This document shows, piece after piece, positions 40,301-64,000 of a stretch of 64,000 nucleotides of DNA. This DNA comes from Antedon mediterranea (taxonomy: Eukaryota; Animalia; Echinodermata), in contig NC_092680.1 in the NCBI RefSeq assembly GCF_964355755.1, positions 2,790,001-2,854,000 of the forward strand. Reading direction: 5' to 3'. A program made the translations under genes and the position numbers. A model generated the notes under the pieces. It was not told the DNA's origin and did no database searches. It saw nothing but the letters and a program-made list of their open reading frames with translations. Position 1 is the stretch's first letter; each line of letters opens with the position of its first letter.

Positions 40301-42805
40301 GAGGCGAATAATGGGTTCTGTGCATGTCAATTGTGCTATAGTAACCACTTTTGACATAAATGGTTACTATAGTATAATAAACATGCGCAGAGGCGAATAA
40401 TGGGTTCTGTGCATGTCAATTGTGCTATAGTAACCAGTTTTATCGAAAAATAAAAAGGTAGAAAATTAGCCATTTTTTGAAAAAATCACTGTACTATAGT
40501 ACAGGGAAATTTCCGAAAAATGGCGGATTTTCGACCCTTTGATTTGTTGACATAAATGATTACTATTGCATAATAAACATGCGAAGAGGCGAATAATGGG
40601 TTCTGCGCATGTCAATTGTGCTATAGTAACCACTTTTGACATAAATTGTTACTATAGTATAATAAACATGCGCAGAGGTGAATAATGGGTTCTGCGCATG
40701 TCAATTGTGCTATAGTAACCATTTTTATCGAAAAATAAAAAAGGTAGAAAATTAGCCATTTTTTAAAAAAAATCCCTGTACTATAGTACAGGGAAAATTG
40801 GGAAAATTATCGATTTTCAACCCTTTTATTTTTTGACATAAATGGTTACTATTGCATATAATAAACATGCGCAGAGGCGAATAATGGGTTCTGTGCATGT
40901 CAATTGTGCTATAGTAACCACTTTTGACATAAATGGTTACTATAGTATAATAAACATGCGCAGAGGCGAATAATGGGTTCTGTGCATGTCAATTGTGCTA
41001 TAGTAACCAGTTTTATCGAAAAATAAAAAGGTAAAAAATTAGCCATTTTTTGAAAAAATCACTGTACTATAGTACAGGGAAATTTGCGAAAAATGGCGGA
41101 TTTTCGACCCTTTGATTTGTTGACATAAATGATTACTATTGCATAATAAACATGCGAAGAGGCGAATAATGGGTTCTGCGCATGTCAATTGTGCTATAGT
41201 AACCACTTTTGACATAAATTGTTACTATAGTATAATAAACATGCGCAGAGGTGAATAATGGGTTCTGCGCATGTCAATTGTGCTATAGTAACCATTTTTA
41301 TCGAAAAATAAAAAGGTAAAAAATTAGCCATTTTTTGGAAAAAATCCCTGTACTATAGTACAGCAAAATTAGTGAAAAATGGCGGATTTTCGACCCTTTT
41401 ATTTGTTGACATAAATGGTTACTATTGCTTAATAAACATTTTCAGAGGCAAATAGTGGGTTCTGCGCATGTGAATTGTGCTATAGTAACCACTTTTGACA
41501 TAAATGGTTACTATAGTATAATAAACATGCGCAGAGGCGAATAATGGGTTCTGCGCATGTCAATTGTGCTATAGTAACCAGTTTTATCGAAAAATAAAAA
41601 GGTAGAAAATTAGCCATTTTTTGAAAAAAATCCATGTACTATAGTACAGGGATTTTTTTCAAAAAATGCCCAAAATATCCACTTTTTAAAATTCAATAAA
41701 TATGCGATAATATTGCCATATATACGCATATATTGTGTTTTATCATCTTATACAGTCATAGCAACTAGTTTTGTCGAAAAATAAAAGGGTCCAAATGCGC
41801 ACGTCAATTGTGCTATAGTAACCAGTTTTATCGAAGAATAAAAAGGTCGAAAATTTGCCATTTTTTGAAAAAAATCCCTGACTATAGTACAGCGAAACTT
41901 CCGAAAAATGATTGATTTTCAACCCTTTTATTTTTTGACATAAATGGTTACTATTGCATAATAAACATGCGCAGAGGCAAATAGTGGGTTCTGTGCATGT
42001 CAATTGTGCTATAGTAACCACTTTTGACATAAATGGTTACTATAGTATAATAAACATGCTCAAAGGCGAATAATGGGTTCTGCGCATGTCAATTTTGCTA
42101 TAGTAACCACTTTTATCGAAAAATAAAAAGGTAGAAAATTTGCCATTTTTTGGAAAAATTCCCTGTACTATAGTACAGCGAAATTTGCGAAAAATGGCGG
42201 ATTTTCGACCCTTTTATTTGTTGACATAAATGGTTACTATTGCATAATAAACATGCGCAGAGACGAATAATGGGTTCTGCGCATGTCAATTGTGCTATAG
42301 TAACCACTTTTGACATAAATGGTTACTATAGTATAATAAACATGCGCAGAGGCGAATAATGGGTTCTGCGCATGTCAATTGTGCTATAGTAACCACTTTT
42401 GACATAAATGGTTACTATAGTATTTTGATTTTTAAATTTCATATTTCTAGTTAAAATTTTCAATATCTGAATAGGCCTATACCACAAGGTGTATCATTCC
42501 CTAAAAATGTGTCAGTTGAGTCGTTCTTTTACGACAGGGCAGTATAGTACAGGGATTTTTTTCAAACATGTACGCATATATTGTGTTATCATCATCTTAT
42601 ATAGCCATAGTAACTAGTTTTGTCGAAAAATAAAAGGGTCGAAATGTTGTCATTTTTGAAAATTTCCTTGTACTATTTTTTCGAAAAATTGCCAAAATAT
42701 CCATTTTTTAAAATTCATTAATTATGCGACAGTATTGCCATATATGCGCATATATTGTGTTATCATGATCTTATAAAGCCATAGTAACTAGTTATGTCCA
42801 AAAAT
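37400..42805. repeat. Complex satellite of MITE-like monomers with higher-order duplications
   Basis: Monomers bounded by tacaggga.../...tccctgta and joined through gtactatagtac; ~80-bp internal subrepeats; block duplications with offsets of about 573 bp (40201/40774) and about 2247 bp (39496/41743). Confidence 0.9.
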
Positions 42806-42934
42806 TGATTTACAAATTTCATTATTACAAATTTATAAACTAGTTTATTACATCATAGAATACAACAAAATTACATTTTTATTGAAAATAATTCACAATT
42901 GTAAAATTGTAAACAGCATACAGTATCGCAAGGA

Positions 42935-43893
42935 ATCTGGAAGACGTATCGCGTCCACTATTGGTCACACAAGACATCTGGAAGACATATCGCGTCCACT
43001 ATTGGTCACACAAGACATCTGGAAGACGTATCGCGTCCACTATTGGTCACACAAGACATCTGGAAGACGTATCGCGTCCACTATTGGTCACACAAGACAT
43101 CTGGAAGACGTATCGCGTCCACTATTGGTCACACAAGACATGTGGAAGACGTATCGCGTCCACTATTGGTCACACAAGACATGTGGAAGACGTATCGCGT
43201 CCACTATTGGTCACACAAGACATGTGGAAGACGTATCGCGTCCACTATTGGTCACACAAGACATCTGGAAGACATATCGCGTCCACTATTGGTCACACAA
43301 GACATCTGGAAGACGTATCGCGTCCACTATTGGTCACACAAGACATCTGGAAGACGTATCGCGTGTCCACTATTGGTCACACAAGACATCTGGAAGACGT
43401 ATCGCGTCCACTATTGGTCACACAAGACATCTGGAAGACGTATCGCGTCCACTATTGGTCACACAAGATATCTGGAAGACGTATCGCGTCCACTATTGGT
43501 CACACAAGACATCTGGAAGACATATCGCGTCCACTATTGGTCACACAAGACATCTGGAAGATGTATCGCGTCCACTATTGGTCACACAAGATATCTGAAA
43601 GACGTATCGCGTCCACTATTGGTCACACAAGACATCTGGAAGATGTATCGCGTCCACTATTGGTCACACAAGACATCTGGAAGATGTATCGCGTCCACTA
43701 TTGGTCACACAAGACATCTGGAAGACGTATCGCGTCCACTATTGGTCACACAAGACATCTGGAAGATGTATCGCGTCCACTATTGGTCACACAAGACATC
43801 TGGAAGATGTATCGCGTCCACTATTGGTCACACAAGACATCTGGAAGATGTATCGCGTCCACTCTTGGTCACACAAGACATCTGGAAGACGTA
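42935..43893. repeat. 41-bp minisatellite x ~23
   Basis: Unit ggaagacgtatcgcgtccactattggtcacacaagacatct. Confidence 0.95.
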
Positions 43894-44848
43894 CCTCATT
43901 TCACTCTATTTCATACACCAAACAGTGCCTTGACTGTATAACCAGGCATTGAATACAAAAGCAAAGCAATAAACAACATAATAAGAGAAATGATTAATAG
44001 TTTGATGATAAGACAGCGATGCTGAACCCAAAGTAGATGATACAATCCTCTGAATGGGTTTGTGAAGAAAAACTTGTCTCGTCGACTAAAACAAAAGAGA
44101 TATATGAAAAAAAAATGTAATTGTTATAGTTCCAAACAAAACCTTTTGATCAAAATGACAACTTTGCTCCACTTCGTGAAATGGAACATGAAGCATGTAT
44201 GTAAAAAGACCATTTTCCCCCTAAAAGAAAACTGGCCTTTACGGAAAACATAACACCCTGGGCCAACCTATAAAGTCCATATTTTGAGAGATACTGGACA
44301 TAATGATAATGTATAGGACCAATTATTACATAGTTAGTATAGCGGAGGCTTCTTTTAATTGAAAACCATTATTTTAACATTTAATTTCCCAACTATCTTA
44401 CAAAAAGTATTTAAATTTTGTACACAAGCGCAATATGTACAATACAATTGAAAGATATACCCTGCAACCAATTACTTAAATTAAAATAAAATATGTAACT
44501 GTAAATTTCCATAAATATAGTTTTAGATAAGCACACATCAAATACATTATTAACATATATATATATATATTAAAATATACATAATATTGCAATATGGTAC
44601 CTTTAAAAAAATAAATAAAAAATTATATATTACAAAGTATTATATAAAAATATATATTCAATTAATAACTTAACAGCACTTTCAATATAAACGGTGAGTT
44701 GAACACAAAAGAAAGTAAACAAAGAAATATCAATATCAGACATTGATAAAATATAAGTGATTTGGAACGAAACATGTGTTAAAAAAGAAAACTTTTAAAA
44801 ATGTCAAAGTTTGATCAAATGGTTACTACCCTGGGTAAGGTAGACAAT

Positions 44849-45671
44849 GGCCCTGTTTCTGCTGCCAACTAAATACCGTATATTATACGGTATTTTTTGA
44901 ATACCGTATATATACGGTATATTTTTGGCAGCAGAAACTGCGCTCATAAAAAATATACCGTATTTTGTATACCGTATTTTCCCCACAAAATTTGTGGATA
45001 AAATACGGTATTTACAAATTTATACCGTATTTTTTGTACCCGTTTCTGCTGCCAATAAAAAATACCGTATTTTTTTTTTACATGACAAAAGGTCACCATT
45101 CGTGTTTTTATTTTCTGTCGCTGTTAGCTGCTTTACACACATGTATAGATATATTCGGCGAAAATGTGGAGCGAATACGTCACAGTTTTACTAAATAAAT
45201 GTGTGTGGGGAAGCTAAAATGTCTGACCAACTAAAAGGTAATAAAAGGGACAACCACATTTATAAAGACATTTCTAAAAAAATAAAGCAGGAGTATGGAA
45301 TAGACTTGTCTCCAAAGCAAGTAAACTCAAAGCTGAAGAGCCTGCAAAAGCAGTACAACATTGCAAAATACAATAACTCGGGGAGGGAACAAATTAATTG
45401 TCCCCATTACGATGTTTTCTGTGCTCTCACAACATCTCTATCACTAGGGCTAGGCTGTTGAAAGTGAGACGTAAAACTTCCTTTATTGCGACTTTTAATT
45501 ATCGATCAAATAAATGAATGGCAATTTGGGTAAAAAAGATGAAATTTAACACGACCACCCAAGAAGTATTGTTAGCAGAAACGGGGTACTAAAAAATACG
45601 GTATAAAAAATACCGTATTTTATACCGTATTTTTATACCGTATTTTGAGCAGTTGCAGCAGAAACAGGCCC
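44849..45671 (+). mobile_element. PIF/Harbinger deletion derivative retaining a Myb/SANT-like (trihelix) ORF remnant
   Basis: TIRs GGCCCTGTTTCTGCTGC / GCAGCAGAAACAGGCCC, 3-bp AAT TSD, subterminal taccgta repeats. About 45165-45461 encodes ..LKGNKRDNHIYKDISKKIKQEYGIDLSPKQVNSKLKSLQKQY..NNSGREQINCPHYD, a Myb_DNA-bind_4-like pattern. Confidence 0.8.
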
Positions 45672-46563
45672 AATGTGTCATGTTCATTCAATATTATTTT
45701 ACACTTGAGTTGCTTTGAATAATAGTGTCTTTTTGGGTATAATTTAGTTCTAAACTAAAAGATATGAGAAAATAAATATCTTGATAATATTATTACAATT
45801 CTGGTGAGTTTTGTTTAAGCACACAAGCAGTATTAAAGTTATTATAAAATATATACATAATATTCTAGTTAAAGTCTATGCATCTAATTACCCTTTAAAA
45901 GCACTTCATATAGAAGAATCTCAACTGAATCTGTACAATGTGCACCTATTCTATGCAGAAACTTTTATAAAAATTTACATAATATACAAATTAAAAAATA
46001 TTGAATTAAAGCTTTTAAATAAGCAATATCAATCAATGGATTAGTTAATCAACAACTAATTAAAGCTAATTTTGATGGATCAGTCACTCACCAAACCACA
46101 TTCCATAAAGGGAGGTATAAAAATAATAATATATATATTTTTATACCTCCCTTGGTCCATCAGTCACTCCTAATAAATATTGTATTTTGAGCCATATGCA
46201 CCATGGTGTTCAGCCATGATTATCATTATCCTCAATATAGCCTATATTATTTTGTCTATGTCCAAAGGTAGGAATACTCACAATAAATATTAAGCTCTGT
46301 CTACAAAAAAATGTGATGTGCCCAAATATGGACATGATAATGTCATATCACTACCGTATTTGAGCATACCATATGGACACGTCACATTTTTTTGTCAAAC
46401 TAGTTTGATAGTGTAGACAAGACTTTAATGTTTGTTCAATAATGTAATTTCAATCAATTCTCCAGGGATCTGAGAGGTGCATTGATAAAAAGATGTTTTG
46501 TCATGTTTGTTCATAGGTGGTGAATAGGCTCCCAATGATGAATAATTCACAACAACTGTTTTT

Positions 46564-63831
<17,268 letters not shown>

Positions 63832-64000
63832 CTAAACAACAATTAGTAATAATATAATTAAAATATTATCAAATACATATCTTTTATATGTTAGTTTACG
63901 TATCATAGAAACATGTTTATAAAGTTGTGTTTTTAAACGTTCTCTTTCCATATAAGTTCTATTTATTGATATTTTATATGTGATATGATATAGATTTGTA

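Noticed and set aside
38371-42316. Repeated short minus-strand ORFs (IAQLTCAEPII...)
   Set aside because: Satellite-derived; the frames break at homopolymer runs.
42935-43893. CRISPR-like appearance of regular repeats (also 20902-22056)
   Set aside because: Units abut with no unique spacers, there are no cas genes, and the context is eukaryotic.
42882-43952. Long ORFs (238-326 aa) in all three + frames
   Set aside because: They arise from a 41-bp tandem unit that lacks stop codons; there is no domain or splice context.
43990-44253. Coding-looking stretch after the 41-bp array
   Set aside because: No consistent frame, splice sites or recognisable motif.

Overview
AT-rich, intron-rich animal genomic DNA; the gene and repeat content suggests an invertebrate deuterostome such as an echinoderm (inference). 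I reconstructed five protein-coding genes by hand, exon by exon, with GT-AG sites and consistent phases: (1) the 3' part of a xanthine dehydrogenase (+, 23 exons, 247-13912); (2) COX6C (-, 16216-17043), missed by the ORF track; (3) a 725-aa THEMIS/GAREM-like protein with two CABIT-like domains, a Pro-rich motif, Tyr motifs and a SAM-like tail (-, 24645-28937); (4) ACOT13 (+, 33996-35577); (5) the 3' part of an otoferlin-type ferlin (-, from beyond 64000 to 46564). The most striking feature is the otoferlin 3' end: three intact, paralogous 181-nt alternative last exons, each encoding a different transmembrane tail anchor. There are also two weaker phase-compatible candidate last exons, three micro-exons, and a duplicated GKFK motif between alternative donors. 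Intergenic and intronic DNA holds a 5'-truncated Penelope-like element with a probable minimal hammerhead ribozyme, Helitron/Helentron, Mutator-, Harbinger-, Kolobok- and P-like non-autonomous elements, SINE and LINE fragments, and several tandem arrays, including a satellite built from MITE-like monomers. Family assignments come from remembered motifs; no database search was run.
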